A stretch of DNA of 64,000 nucleotides from Aminipila terrae (GTDB lineage Bacteria; Bacillota; Clostridia; Peptostreptococcales; Anaerovoracaceae). Numbering within the stretch: the stretch's first letter is position 1; each line of letters opens with the position of its first letter. The stretch lies in the NCBI RefSeq assembly GCF_010120715.1, contig NZ_CP047591.1:2586303-2650302 (forward strand), written 5' to 3'. The notes below the pieces were generated by a model that was not told where the DNA came from, ran no database searches, and saw only the letters and a list, made by a program, of their open reading frames with translations. Both the position numbers and the translations under genes were made by a program. Positions 21,367 through 31,451 of this stretch are shown piece after piece.

Positions 21367-22455
21367 ATGATAAAATCGTTTGCGCCAAATAGTCAAATTA
21401 AAATGATAATTTCTGAAAAAGAAATTTCAACAACACAGATTAAATGGTTTTTAAGTCAAAAAGGAATTTTTTCTATGGTGCAAAACTCAGAAGAGCTATC
21501 GAATGAGATATATCCTATATTTTTTGGATGCAGTGATATAGAAAAATTGCAAGAAATGCTACAAAGTGATAAGAATTATCAAAAATCTTCAATTATGATT
21601 TTAGAACCTTGTGAAAAAGACATGGGAATAAATGAATTTCAAGATTTTATCACGGATGAGCTAAATAGATATAAGAGCAAAAATGAAAAATATCGAATTG
21701 AGTCTGTACAGAAAAATAAAGAGGGAAATATTCTTTTTAAAATTCTTTATACCAAAAAAGTAAAAGGCAAAATAGAGCTGTTAAAAGATAAAGTTAAAGA
21801 AATAAATGTTAAAATTGAAAAAAGAAGCTTAGATAATAAATTAATTGTTGATATTAGACAAAATGACAATTCAGATTTGAAGGAATTAGACATATTTATA
21901 CATCAATTGAGTTTTGGCGAGAATAAAGAAAATCTTTTTAATGTTGAATATATTACTTTAGATAAGTTAAATAATGATAATAAAATTAAATTTTTTGATG
22001 ATTTAATTGCTTATAAATATAAAGAGTGGAGACTTGAAGATATAAAAGGGGTAGATGTAAATAAAACTGAAAACTTAGACGAAGATGAAGATGGAGAAGA
22101 AAGTATAACGAAAGATGAGTTGGCTGGAATAAATAGTGCAGTATTTAAGGGTAATAGTATTCGAGAAACTGGAATAGTTCAAAAATTTCTAAAGCAAGGC
22201 TTCTATTTTACCTCCATGAAATTTAAATATGAATATCAGAGTAGTTTTGAAAGTTTTGTAATTGATGTTAATTTTAAAAGCACAGAAAATATAAAAATTG
22301 AAATAATTAAAACTTATGATAAAGATGATCACATTGATAGAGATTTAATTTGCGTGCTCCCTTTTAGCAAACAAGAAGAAATCCTTGTAGCATTTCAAAA
22401 TGTTGCATATGAAATATATAATAACTTATTAGAAAGTCAAGGACAAAATATTTAG
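21367..22455 (+). CDS. hypothetical protein D (362 aa)
   Basis: RBS aaggagag upstream. No motif. Confidence 0.5.
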   Translation: MIKSFAPNSQIKMIISEKEISTTQIKWFLSQKGIFSMVQNSEELSNEIYPIFFGCSDIEKLQEMLQSDKNYQKSSIMILEPCEKDMGINEFQDFITDELNRYKSKNEKYRIESVQKNKEGNILFKILYTKKVKGKIELLKDKVKEINVKIEKRSLDNKLIVDIRQNDNSDLKELDIFIHQLSFGENKENLFNVEYITLDKLNNDNKIKFFDDLIAYKYKEWRLEDIKGVDVNKTENLDEDEDGEESITKDELAGINSAVFKGNSIRETGIVQKFLKQGFYFTSMKFKYEYQSSFESFVIDVNFKSTENIKIEIIKTYDKDDHIDRDLICVLPFSKQEEILVAFQNVAYEIYNNLLESQGQNI

Positions 22456-22551
22456 AAACTTCAACAGAAATGCTGCTATTTTATATAATGGTAGCCTAAA
22501 TGGTGGAGAGATATTAAGAAAAATGTTGCAGCAAGTTCGACCTAGCTGATT

Positions 22552-22601
22552 TAATCGGCTAACTCTAGTTCTAGAGTGAAATAATTCTAACCACTTTTCT
22601 A
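22552..22601. repeat. 50-bp direct repeat copy 1, containing the palindrome CTCTAGttCTAGAG
   Basis: About 90% identical to 25701-25750. Lies ~45 bp upstream of the DUF262 gene start. Confidence 0.5.
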
Positions 22602-22644
22602 ATTAAATGAAGTTTAATTAAATCGACTAAGGAGATATATTTAT

Positions 22645-24373
22645 ATGATGCAGTTTTCACAAAAAAGCATAAAAGGTTTATTTGATAGTTCGGAGAAAAT
22701 GATGATAATTCCGGTTTATCAAAGAGCTTATTCCTGGGATGAAAAGGAAAGAAAAGTATTCCTAGAAGATCTAAAAGAACAACAAGCGGGTGGAAACATT
22801 TATTGCTATGGTAATTTACTTCTAGAAACAATACAAAAGATTCTGAGTACGAAATTATTGATGGGCAACAAAGACTCACTACTGTCACTATATTTGTGAG
22901 AGCTTTATTGAACGTTTTACATAGTAGATTAGATAAGGAACCTGAAATTGTAAGGCAAGTAAATTTCAAGAAAAAAGAAAAAATTTACTTTAAAGATGAT
23001 GGTGTAATTAAACTTAGGCCTGTTGATTATGATAGAGGATGCTATGATACACTAATTGTAGAAAATAAGGATGAATATAGCATTTCTACGCCATCACAAA
23101 AAAGAATGAGGGATGCAAAGGAGTATTTTACAAAAGAATTATCACTTATACAAACTAAAGAGTTAATAAAAATATTTTCAATATTAGAAGAGGCGCAGGT
23201 AAATTGTATAGAACTAGAAGGAAAAAAGGATTCTGCGTTAATGTTTGAATTACAAAATAATAGAGGGAAGGAACTCTCTGATTTAGAAAAACTGAAATCT
23301 TTTTTATGTATCAACTCTATGTAGTAAGTAATATAAAAGAAACTGACTCTAACATTGAATATGTTGCAAACAAATTCGACCCAATATATAGGCTTATAAA
23401 TGATCTTAAGGAGAATAATGAATCTGAAGATGTAAGAGAATTAACTGAGGATAGAATTTTCATGTACCATTGTTATGCATATACAGCTAAAGGTTTTGGA
23501 TATAGAAGTATTGCTGATATAGCAGATGAATACAAGAAAATAAAGTCAGATAGAGTAAAATGGATTAAAGATTTCACTGATGAGTTACATACAACCTTTT
23601 CAAACATGAAATTTTTACAAGGGATTAATAATAAATACTTAATGAAGCTTAATCAAATTGGTATGCCTTATTTTGTGTATGCATTTATAATTAAAGGTTT
23701 AAAATATTTCAAGGAAGATTCTTCAAAATTAGAGCAGCTTTTTAAGACAATGGAGATCTTAAGTTTTAGGTATAAACTTATAAACAGTAGATCGGATATT
23801 GTTAGTAAGCTATATCCAGCACTCAGAAATTTTAAAGGTAATGTTATTGAATTAAATTCAGAAATAAAAAAGACATTAAATGATAACTGGTATTGGAGCG
23901 ATGACAGAATAGAGGAATACTTAAATAGTAATATGTATGAAAACAAAATGATCAATTATGTGCTTTGGGAATATGAACATAGTATTCAACTTAAAGGTTA
24001 TGACACTAATAAAATTAAAATAGAAAAAGAGCAAATTGAACATATTTCCCCTAAAACCCCTGACGAAGGATGGATTGCGTCTGGATATGAAGTTGATAAG
24101 AATAATATGTATTCAGAGCAATTCATAGAAGACTGGTTAAATTCACTGGGAAACCTTATGCTTATTTCGGGGTCGCATAATGCATCCATTGGAAATAAAC
24201 CTTTTGCAGAAAAATTAAAAACTTATAAGAGTAATCCAGTCTTAAAACAGCAAGAAGAAATTGTGACTTTTTTGAATGAAACAAGAAAGAAACCAAAATG
24301 GGATTCTCATGCAATTGAAAAAAGGCATGAAAAAATATTGGAATTTGCGATAAATAGGTGGAGTTTTGATTAA
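22645..24373 (+). CDS. GmrSD-like type IV restriction enzyme (DUF262 nuclease/NTPase plus DUF1524 HNH-like). Split by two -1 frameshifts: an A4 run at 22835-22838 and a T6 run at 23300-23305.
   Basis: DUF262 motifs IIPVYQRAYSW and (after the shift) YEIIDGQQRLTTV. DUF1524 motif EHISPKTP...GNLMLISGSHNASIGNKPF. Each junction is repaired by adding one base. Confidence 0.75.
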
Positions 24374-24669
24374 AAAAGGAGTAATGACAAACTTATAAAG
24401 GTAATTTTCACAGATTAAAACTGATGCTATTGATTTGCATTGAAAAGTATTTATTGTAGATGGTAACAATGAAATTAGTCATGAAGCCCTTGAGACATTG
24501 AGAACTTATAATCTTATATAACAATGTTTTCAAATAGTATAGGAGTGGTGATGGAAATATGAAAATAACAAATGAAATGACTCATAGAGCCTATGAAATT
24601 GTAAAAATGGTTTATCATGGAGCTATAGGATGAAATGAGGGGAAATATAAGATAGCAGATGAAACTGGA

Positions 24670-24912
24670 ATGAATGTGAGTTCGTCAGGAGACTATATTT
24701 CTAGTTTCCTTTCTATGATGGAGGGTCAACGATATACACGTACTTTCAATTCTTATGCGACTCGTTATATACTAGAAAATATAAAGAAAGATTATGGGGA
24801 CAAGCAGTTTCAAAAGGCATTAGAAGCGGTTCAAGAGCACGGCAACTATTATAATGGATTAAATAATGGAAATTTAAGAAGCATACAAAATATAATAAAT
24901 GAGTTAAGATAA
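24670..24912 (+). CDS. hypothetical small protein (80 aa); possibly the C-terminal part of a 117-codon ORF starting at 24559 that contains an in-frame TGA at 24631
   Basis: Same reading frame from 24559 (good RBS aggagtgg). Broken only by TGA at 24631-24633. Confidence 0.3.
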   Translation: MNVSSSGDYISSFLSMMEGQRYTRTFNSYATRYILENIKKDYGDKQFQKALEAVQEHGNYYNGLNNGNLRSIQNIINELR

Positions 24913-25106
24913 AGAAAAGTGAAATGCCGTTTTATTTTGTAGCAATTGGTAGAGGTAGTATAAAAGCAAATAGGATGGGTTAGGATTTAGAACACTCATT
25001 ATTTTATTTTTTTAATGTTAGTACAAAAAATTGATTGCGTGGAAAAAATATAATACAAATACTGTAAAAAGAAAAAACATAATAAATAATATGCGAGGTA
25101 GAATTT

Positions 25107-25553
25107 ATGGTTAAAGAACAAATTATTTTGGCGCTATTAACCTCACTTCTTAGTGGTGGTATTGGATCCGTAGTAGGTTTTTTAATTAGCTCAAATCAAC
25201 GGAGAAAAGATAGAAATGATGAGATAAAATTTTATTCAACCATTTTAAAAAATGATTTAGAGAGCATATGTAATTATTTTTCAAACGAGAGAGGTTCGGT
25301 TAATTTAAGATATTTTGCAGATTGGCAAAAAAATATTGCAAAGTGTGCTTATTTATGTCAAGATGAAGTGGCTCTCCTTTATGAGATATATGATAAATGT
25401 TTCAATTATTCATACCATTATATCTTAAAGGAGAAAACAGGAAGCGTATGTAAAGACAATATAAACGAATATAAACAACTTAATCAGATATTCGCTGGAA
25501 ATAAATATTTGAAGCTTAAAGCAAATTTAATATGCCATGAAACTAAGAAATGA
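25107..25553 (+). CDS. hypothetical membrane-anchored protein (148 aa)
   Basis: N-terminal TM helix ILALLTSLLSGGIGSVVGFLI. Confidence 0.45.
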   Translation: MVKEQIILALLTSLLSGGIGSVVGFLISSNQRRKDRNDEIKFYSTILKNDLESICNYFSNERGSVNLRYFADWQKNIAKCAYLCQDEVALLYEIYDKCFNYSYHYILKEKTGSVCKDNINEYKQLNQIFAGNKYLKLKANLICHETKK

Positions 25554-25700
25554 TATTTCCTAAATAGTTAAAAAATATTAAGTAGTTGATATTCAGTTGC
25601 TTTTATAGTAGTAGCAAGAACATCGTTGGAATTTAGAGTTACCGTTCATGTGGTTACGCCGTAACCGCTGATATAACAGCAATTTTTGAATTCGTTTATC

Positions 25701-25750
25701 TAATCGGCTAGCTCTAATTTTAGAGTGAAATAATTCTAACCATTTTTCTA
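25701..25750. repeat. 50-bp direct repeat copy 2, containing the palindrome CTCTAAttTTAGAG
   Basis: Compensatory substitutions relative to copy 1 keep the 14-bp palindrome intact. Confidence 0.5.
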
Positions 25751-25802
25751 ACCAAACTACAAAAAACGTAATAAAGGCTATTTCCGTAGCAAAAATAAAA
25801 AA

Positions 25803-25842
25803 ACAGTATAAATGTTGGTAATTCAACATTTATACTGTTTTA
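25803..25842 (+). terminator. hairpin (acagtataaatgttg...caacatttatactgt) plus TTT
   Basis: 15-bp perfect stem. Confidence 0.5.
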
Positions 25843-25882
25843 AACAAAGGCAAAGTAAGGGCAAAAAAACATATGCACTGCC

Positions 25883-25927
25883 CTCATAACCCGGAGGCCG
25901 TAGGTTCAAGTCCTACTCCCGCAACCA
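25883..25927 (+). other. relic of the 3' half of initiator tRNA-fMet (anticodon loop CTCATAA to CCA); attachment-site remnant
   Basis: CTCATAACCCGG AGGCC GTAGGTTCAAGTCCTAC TCCCGCA A CCA matches the bacterial tRNA-fMet 3' half (B. subtilis ...CTCATAACCCGAAGGTCGCAGGTTCAAATCCTGCCCCCGCAACCA). There is no 5' half upstream. Confidence 0.6.
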
Positions 25928-25936
25928 CGTAAGTTA

Positions 25937-25966
25937 CTTGCAATTTCAACAATTGCAAGTTTTTTT
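25937..25966 (+). terminator. hairpin cttgcaatt-tcaac-aattgcaag plus T7; terminator that accompanies the tRNA-fMet relic
   Basis: 9-bp stem followed by ttttttt. Confidence 0.55.
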
Positions 25967-26572
25967 ATTTTTTGTAAATTTAGTTTTAAATGCGGGATTG
26001 GGGACAGACGCTATTTGTCTGATTCTGGACTAGATTTAACAATACTTTCTAAGGAATAGCTTTGAGTTAAGGAGATTAAGAATTCTTTGATTTTGGAATA
26101 TTCGTCTGTTTGAACTGGAGAAGAATTTTTATTTGCCTTCTTCTCCAAATGAGAAGCTATATCCTGATTAAATAATTTACAATCAAGTAGATTCTATGGA
26201 AACATTTTTTAGGTGAGGTATTTAGTATAAAATTAGATTAGAATCACATTTCATGCAGCTGAGACAACATTTCACACGGAAGATATTGACAATATTTATT
26301 AATGGAATATTATATGTATGGAATTAGCAAGAGAAGCGTTTTATATGCAGAAAGAATTATAGTAATTAACTCAACTTTCCCAGTCTAAAAGACTGGGTGC
26401 ACCTAGAAAAATAAATATGATTATGCACACCTAATACCAAATAAGAAGCTACCAATTGTCCTTAAATTAGAAGAGTTCCTTGCTTCAGTCAACAGCATAA
26501 TATAACTAAGAAATACGATTACAGTATCTAACATATTTAGTGATAATACAGTATTTTGAAAGGAGATTTATT

Positions 26573-26812
26573 ATGGATTATTTAAAAATAATGTTTTATG
26601 GCGTAATAAGTGCCATAATTTTTACGATCTTTACTCTAGTAATTGGGAATTGGATTGGAATGATTATATTTAAAGGAGACCAATATGAGCTTTCGTATCA
26701 TATATTTACTAGAATGGGTTTAATTGCACTCAGTGGAATAATTATTACCTGTACAATAATTATTGTAAAAAAACTTAATCAGGTTAATGAGGTCCTAAAA
26801 AATTCCAAATAA
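26573..26812 (+). CDS. small membrane protein (79 aa, two TM helices)
   Basis: Start moved to ATG 26573 after the RBS gaaaggag. Hydrophobic segments. Confidence 0.45.
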   Translation: MDYLKIMFYGVISAIIFTIFTLVIGNWIGMIIFKGDQYELSYHIFTRMGLIALSGIIITCTIIIVKKLNQVNEVLKNSK

Positions 26813-26894
26813 ATTAATTCAAAAAGGGGGGTAGTCATAATTATAGTATTTGGTTTTTTAGTAATTTAAATTTGTACAAAAGAGAGGTATTATT

Positions 26895-27812
26895 ATGAAA
26901 AAAAAAGTATTTAGTATTTTTTTAACTTTAGCATTATCACTTTCAATGGGGGTTACATCATTTGCATCAAGCAATGATTTAAGTAGTGATAGTGATGTTT
27001 GTAAAAGTTTTAGTATTAACGAATATGATGTAGTTACAGAATTAAGAAGTAATTCAGATCAGGATTTAGAAGAAAAAGGCTATAGCGAAGATGAAATTAA
27101 AGAAATTAGATCTGATGAATATGAGCAAGACCTATTAAAAAGAAGCCAATTATCAGACTCTGAATTAAAATCAGAATTTAATTATAATGAAGAACAAATA
27201 GAAGTTTTAAAAAATTACGAAGGTGAGCCAATCCAAGAAGTACCAGAAATGAGAGCAGTAGCAGCAACCTGTAATGGAACTGTAAGCTGTCCAACAGCTA
27301 GTAGCGAATTTATTTATATTAAACTAAATTGGAAATGGACAACAGCACCATCTTTTAGGACAGTTGACGCAGCAGCAGTTAGATGGAAAGGTACCGATAC
27401 AGGCGGTAATCCTTTAAATGTTGCTTTAAATAACAATGCTTCGAATTCATACTGTACAGTTAATTATGTATATTTTGCAGGTGAGAAGCCTTCTACATCT
27501 GTAAAAAAAGCTTTAACTGTAACAGATTCTTATGGCAAAGCATATTCTGATTTTGCAATGACAAAAATTTCTAACGGAGACATTAACCAGTGGGCTAAGT
27601 CAGGAGAATTACAAATTAAGGTAGATAAAACAGGGACAAAGCCAATAAAAGAAGTGGCTGTTTGTTTTTCGTATGGCCATTCAACTGTATCAGCTAGTGG
27701 TGTATCAGTATCCTGGCCTGCAGGATTTTCTATTTCCTTTTCCTCAGGCGTTACTACTATGTTTACAGAACCAAGAAGAGTTTCCAATACTGGTTCAATA
27801 ACTAGTTATTAA
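26895..27812 (+). CDS. secreted protein of unknown function (305 aa)
   Basis: Signal peptide MKKKVFSIFLTLALSLSMGVTSFA. Ser/Thr-rich C-terminus. Confidence 0.55.
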   Translation: MKKKVFSIFLTLALSLSMGVTSFASSNDLSSDSDVCKSFSINEYDVVTELRSNSDQDLEEKGYSEDEIKEIRSDEYEQDLLKRSQLSDSELKSEFNYNEEQIEVLKNYEGEPIQEVPEMRAVAATCNGTVSCPTASSEFIYIKLNWKWTTAPSFRTVDAAAVRWKGTDTGGNPLNVALNNNASNSYCTVNYVYFAGEKPSTSVKKALTVTDSYGKAYSDFAMTKISNGDINQWAKSGELQIKVDKTGTKPIKEVAVCFSYGHSTVSASGVSVSWPAGFSISFSSGVTTMFTEPRRVSNTGSITSY

Positions 27813-28812
27813 TTACATACTATAAAATGTTACACAGATGTATATTTAGGATCTGCAAACAAAATAAGACTTACAGATTACCTTGAAGCCTATGGATTAT
27901 TAGGTCATCTGTGTAGAAAAAGTATATGGGGTCAGTGCTGGTACTAGATATGAAACAAAAGATTGGGAAATAATATGAAAAAATAATATACAGCAGTTCT
28001 TTGTATATACACCACAATATATATTTCTACGGATGTGAAAAATCAAAGGGAATTTACTGTAAGTTCTTCAGTATTTAAAATCAGAAGCATTTGATTAATT
28101 TAAAAATAAGTTAGATAGTTATATCTAACTTATTTTTGTTATACAGTTTTAAATTTACTAAACCTGCTAATTAAAGCCAAGCTTTGGGAAGGTTATTGCC
28201 TTAAATATTTCTACTGATATGGAGGCCATGGACAAATTAAAAAGTAGGTGGAATGACCTAAATACGGGTATGGTATTGGTTTCAAAATATTCTCCATACA
28301 GAGCTGTAGTAACACCATTGTTAGATAATATTTAGCAGATTGCAGAGGCTGCGGAAGAGGAAGACTAAAAGATAACGGTAATCGTACCTCAGTTTCTGAC
28401 ACGTGGAACTCTGACTAGTATCTTGCACAATCATACCGGTCTATTTATTCGTGAAAGCCTTTTAAAGAAGGGAAACATCATTGTAGCCACTTATCTAGTG
28501 GGGTTTTCTATTCCATACTTAAGCAATTATCAAGAATAGGTTAAAACATCCCCAAATGACATCATTGGAACGAAATACAATCATTGATAAACATCTAAAT
28601 TTGAATGAAAACCACAAATAACCAAAAGGAATCCCGCAGGTAGTTCAGGGGTTTTTAGTTTTTGATTTGAGGGGAGAAAAATGGATTTGACTACAACAGT
28701 ACTACAACTGGAGAATATTTGTATTTATAAAAATTGCCATATATGATAATCTAAAAGTAATTATTAACGACGATGAAATGTTTATAGAAAAGAAATTTGG
28801 GGGTAATATTGC

Positions 28813-30063
28813 TTGAGTGAATTTTCAGAGCTGATTAAGAAATTTGATAAGATTAGAGACTACATGCGAGAGTTCTATGTATATGGCTTTAAATCTCGCG
28901 AGGATTATGATAAAAAGAGCCTTCGCAGTTATGATAACGAAAAACGCAGGATAGAAAGTTACCTTTCTGATTATATGTCATTTCGTCACGATGAAAATAA
29001 TAAAAATATTTTTATATCGATAGATAGTTCTGATATACCGACCAATCCTCTTTATCGTGCTTTTAAAGCTAAATCATTTACTAAAAATGATATTACTTTA
29101 AATTTTATAATTCTTGATATTCTTGATGGTGGAGAGAGACATTCTGCAAATGAGGTAGCTGATAAAATTGCAGATGAATATCTAACGTACTTTGAAAACC
29201 CAGTGATATGGGATTTATCAACGGTAAGGAACAAGCTTTCTGAATATGTTAATCTTGGAATACTACAAACGGAAAAAGATGGGAAAAGGTTACTATACTC
29301 ACTGAAAAAAACAGACATTAATTTAGATGAACTTTGCGACGCACTGGCGTTTTTCAGCGAGATCTCTCCTCTAGGAGTTGTTGGGAGTTTTTTACTTGAC
29401 AAATGCAATTATAATAATAGCATTTTATCTTTTAAGCACCATTATATTATGCATGCATTAGAAAGCGAAATTGTTTATACACTCCTTCATGCAATTCATA
29501 ATAAAGAAAAAGTGGAAATCAAAAACCATAGCCCTCGCTCTGATAGGGATATAATCCTTGAAATCATACCGCTCAAATTTCTTATAAGCGCCCAAGGAGG
29601 GAGAAGATATCTTTGTGCCTACAGTTCAAAATTTAGAGCGATTGTAGATTTCAGATTAGATTACATAATGTCTGTTAAAGTATTGGGAAAAGCAAATAAT
29701 TATACTGAGCATTACGAAAAGCTAGAACGGATACTTTCATGTACATGGAGTGCTTCCTTTGGCAATGCTAAAAGACTCGAATGGTTAAAGATGAAGCTTA
29801 GTATTCCGCATAATGAACGGTTCATTGTAAATCGCATTGAGCGTGAGGGTAGGCACGGCAAGCTTACGCAAATTGATGAAACAACATATGAATATTTTAT
29901 TGAAGTATTTGACACAATGGAAATGATGCCTTGGATCAGAACCTTTATTGGCAGGATTATTTCCATTGAGAGTAGCAATATAGAAGTAACACAGACCTTT
30001 TATTCTGATTTGGAGAAGATGTATCAATTATACAATGGAGGTGATGGGAATGCTGTTCAGTGA
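28813..30063 (+). CDS. WYL-domain transcriptional regulator (wHTH-WYL), TTG start
   Basis: WYL core GGRRYLCAYSSKFRAIVDFRLDYIMSV (R/W-Y-L ... FRLDRI-type motif). N-terminal HTH-like segment. Confidence 0.55.
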   Translation: MSEFSELIKKFDKIRDYMREFYVYGFKSREDYDKKSLRSYDNEKRRIESYLSDYMSFRHDENNKNIFISIDSSDIPTNPLYRAFKAKSFTKNDITLNFIILDILDGGERHSANEVADKIADEYLTYFENPVIWDLSTVRNKLSEYVNLGILQTEKDGKRLLYSLKKTDINLDELCDALAFFSEISPLGVVGSFLLDKCNYNNSILSFKHHYIMHALESEIVYTLLHAIHNKEKVEIKNHSPRSDRDIILEIIPLKFLISAQGGRRYLCAYSSKFRAIVDFRLDYIMSVKVLGKANNYTEHYEKLERILSCTWSASFGNAKRLEWLKMKLSIPHNERFIVNRIEREGRHGKLTQIDETTYEYFIEVFDTMEMMPWIRTFIGRIISIESSNIEVTQTFYSDLEKMYQLYNGGDGNAVQ

Positions 30064-30961
30064 AATTTATAGTGCCTACTACAATGCTGTTGCTCATCTT
30101 ATAAGCAAAGCTATTGACGGAGATCTTAATGAAAAAACGGCAAGTGATCTTATTCGAGATTCAGCATTCTCGGAAAGCTTTGTATATATTCTTAATGCAA
30201 TTAAAAATGAGGAATGGCAGGTTATAAACAAAGAGCTCAAAACTCCTATCAAACATAAACCATCTATGCCACTAACTACACTTCAGCTTAGCTTTTTAAA
30301 AGCAATCAGTCTGGATGCTAGGTTTGCACTGTTTTCAGAAGGGATTAAAGGGCTTGAAGGCATAGCACCTCTGTATGTTGACAAGGACTTTTATTACACA
30401 GACATAATTAAAGATGGTGACCCTTATGAAAGCGATGAATATAGAAAAAATTTTAAAACAGTTCTGCAGGCCTTAACGGATAAAAGAAAGCTGCTGGTTT
30501 CCTTTAAAAGTGGGAAAGGACATACACACAAGAATACATATGTGCCAAGAAAACTGGAATACTCTCAAAAGGATGATAAGTTTAGGCTGATATGCAAAGG
30601 AAATTATAAGATGGTGGTAATAAACTTAGCAAGAATTACCAACTGCCAACTAGGAGAGCACTTTGAAGAAGCTGCAATAAAACCATATAATAGAAAGAAA
30701 AGCTCAGTTGTATTGGAAATTATAGACGAACGGAATGCACTTGAACGTTCAATGCTCCATTTCGCTAACTTTGAAAAGGAAACGAAGCAAATAGAAAAAG
30801 ATATATACCAAATGAAAATTATATACAATGGGGAGGATGAAACAGAGGTCTTAATCAGGGTATTATCCTTCGGGCCGATGCTAAAAGTATTAGAGCCGAA
30901 AGCTTTTACAGATCAAATTAAACAAAGATTATCAAATCAAGAAAAGTTGCGAGTTTTATAA
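30050..30961 (+). CDS. WYL/WCX-domain regulator, paralogous partner of the upstream WYL gene
   Basis: KFRLICKGNYKMVVINLARI (WYL-like). C-terminal VLSFGPMLKVLEPKAFTDQIKQRL matches the WCX domain. Start set at ATG 30050 after ggaggtga. Confidence 0.5.
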   Translation: MLFSEIYSAYYNAVAHLISKAIDGDLNEKTASDLIRDSAFSESFVYILNAIKNEEWQVINKELKTPIKHKPSMPLTTLQLSFLKAISLDARFALFSEGIKGLEGIAPLYVDKDFYYTDIIKDGDPYESDEYRKNFKTVLQALTDKRKLLVSFKSGKGHTHKNTYVPRKLEYSQKDDKFRLICKGNYKMVVINLARITNCQLGEHFEEAAIKPYNRKKSSVVLEIIDERNALERSMLHFANFEKETKQIEKDIYQMKIIYNGEDETEVLIRVLSFGPMLKVLEPKAFTDQIKQRLSNQEKLRVL

Positions 30962-31029
30962 AGTTCGCAACTTTTTTTCCATGATAAAGGATAAATTTTC
31001 CTGTAATATTAGTTTGCAAGGTTGCTTTT

Positions 31030-31200
31030 GCGGGAAGATAAAAATATTCTTCTGCGGTGCCCGAGGTGTTACCAGAGGGTATACCAAGTAAGGCTTGCCC
31101 GAAATGCAGGTTCAATTCCTGCTCTAAGCAAAAAGCTTAGCCATGGTTTGGAAACTTCTACGTGAGTTCGAATCTCACCGGAACAAAATTGTTCTGCTAG
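31030..31200 (+). ncRNA. candidate structured RNA with two tRNA-like T-arm hairpins (GCAGG-TTCAATT-CCTGC and GTGAG-TTCGAAT-CTCAC); Y-RNA-like or tRNA-like element
   Basis: Two canonical T-stem-loops 40 nt apart without canonical acceptor stems. Flanking hairpin ctaagc-aaaaa-gcttag. The minus-strand ORF 31069-31341 translates them as ...GIEPAF..., a typical artefact of tRNA-like DNA. Confidence 0.3.
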
Positions 31201-31451
31201 CGGTTTAGTGAAGTTGTAAAATCTATTAAGAAGATAGGTTAAATGGAAAAGGAAAGTGAGCAGATTATCCGGCTGAACAACCAGCGAGCGTGACTTTGCC
31301 TTGCCGAAGAGTGGATACCGATGATGTTTATATAAGCCCAAAGCTTTGCTTCCGGTTTATATATAATACATCTTAAACTCTTTGCCGCAAAAGTAATGCG
31401 GATAATTTGCAACTACACAAAAACAAAATACCCTATATGGAGGTAAATAAT

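Noticed and set aside
11185-23305. Whether the homopolymer frameshifts in hsdR and the GmrSD-like gene are phase-variation switches
   Set aside because: The same -1 homopolymer pattern occurs in unrelated housekeeping genes (epimerase, GGDEF, AIM24), and the runs are short (A4 to A6). Sequencing error is the simpler explanation.
25883-25927. Considered whether the CCA-ending fragments are tmRNA (ssrA) 3' ends
   Set aside because: tmRNA ends ...GCTCCACCA. These fragments end CCCGCAACCA and have a CTCATAA anticodon loop, which is diagnostic of initiator tRNA-fMet.
31069-31341. Minus-strand 90-aa ORF containing ...RAGIEPAFRA...
   Set aside because: The GIEPA-type peptide is the usual false translation of tRNA-like T-arm DNA. 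It overlaps the candidate ncRNA and has no RBS.
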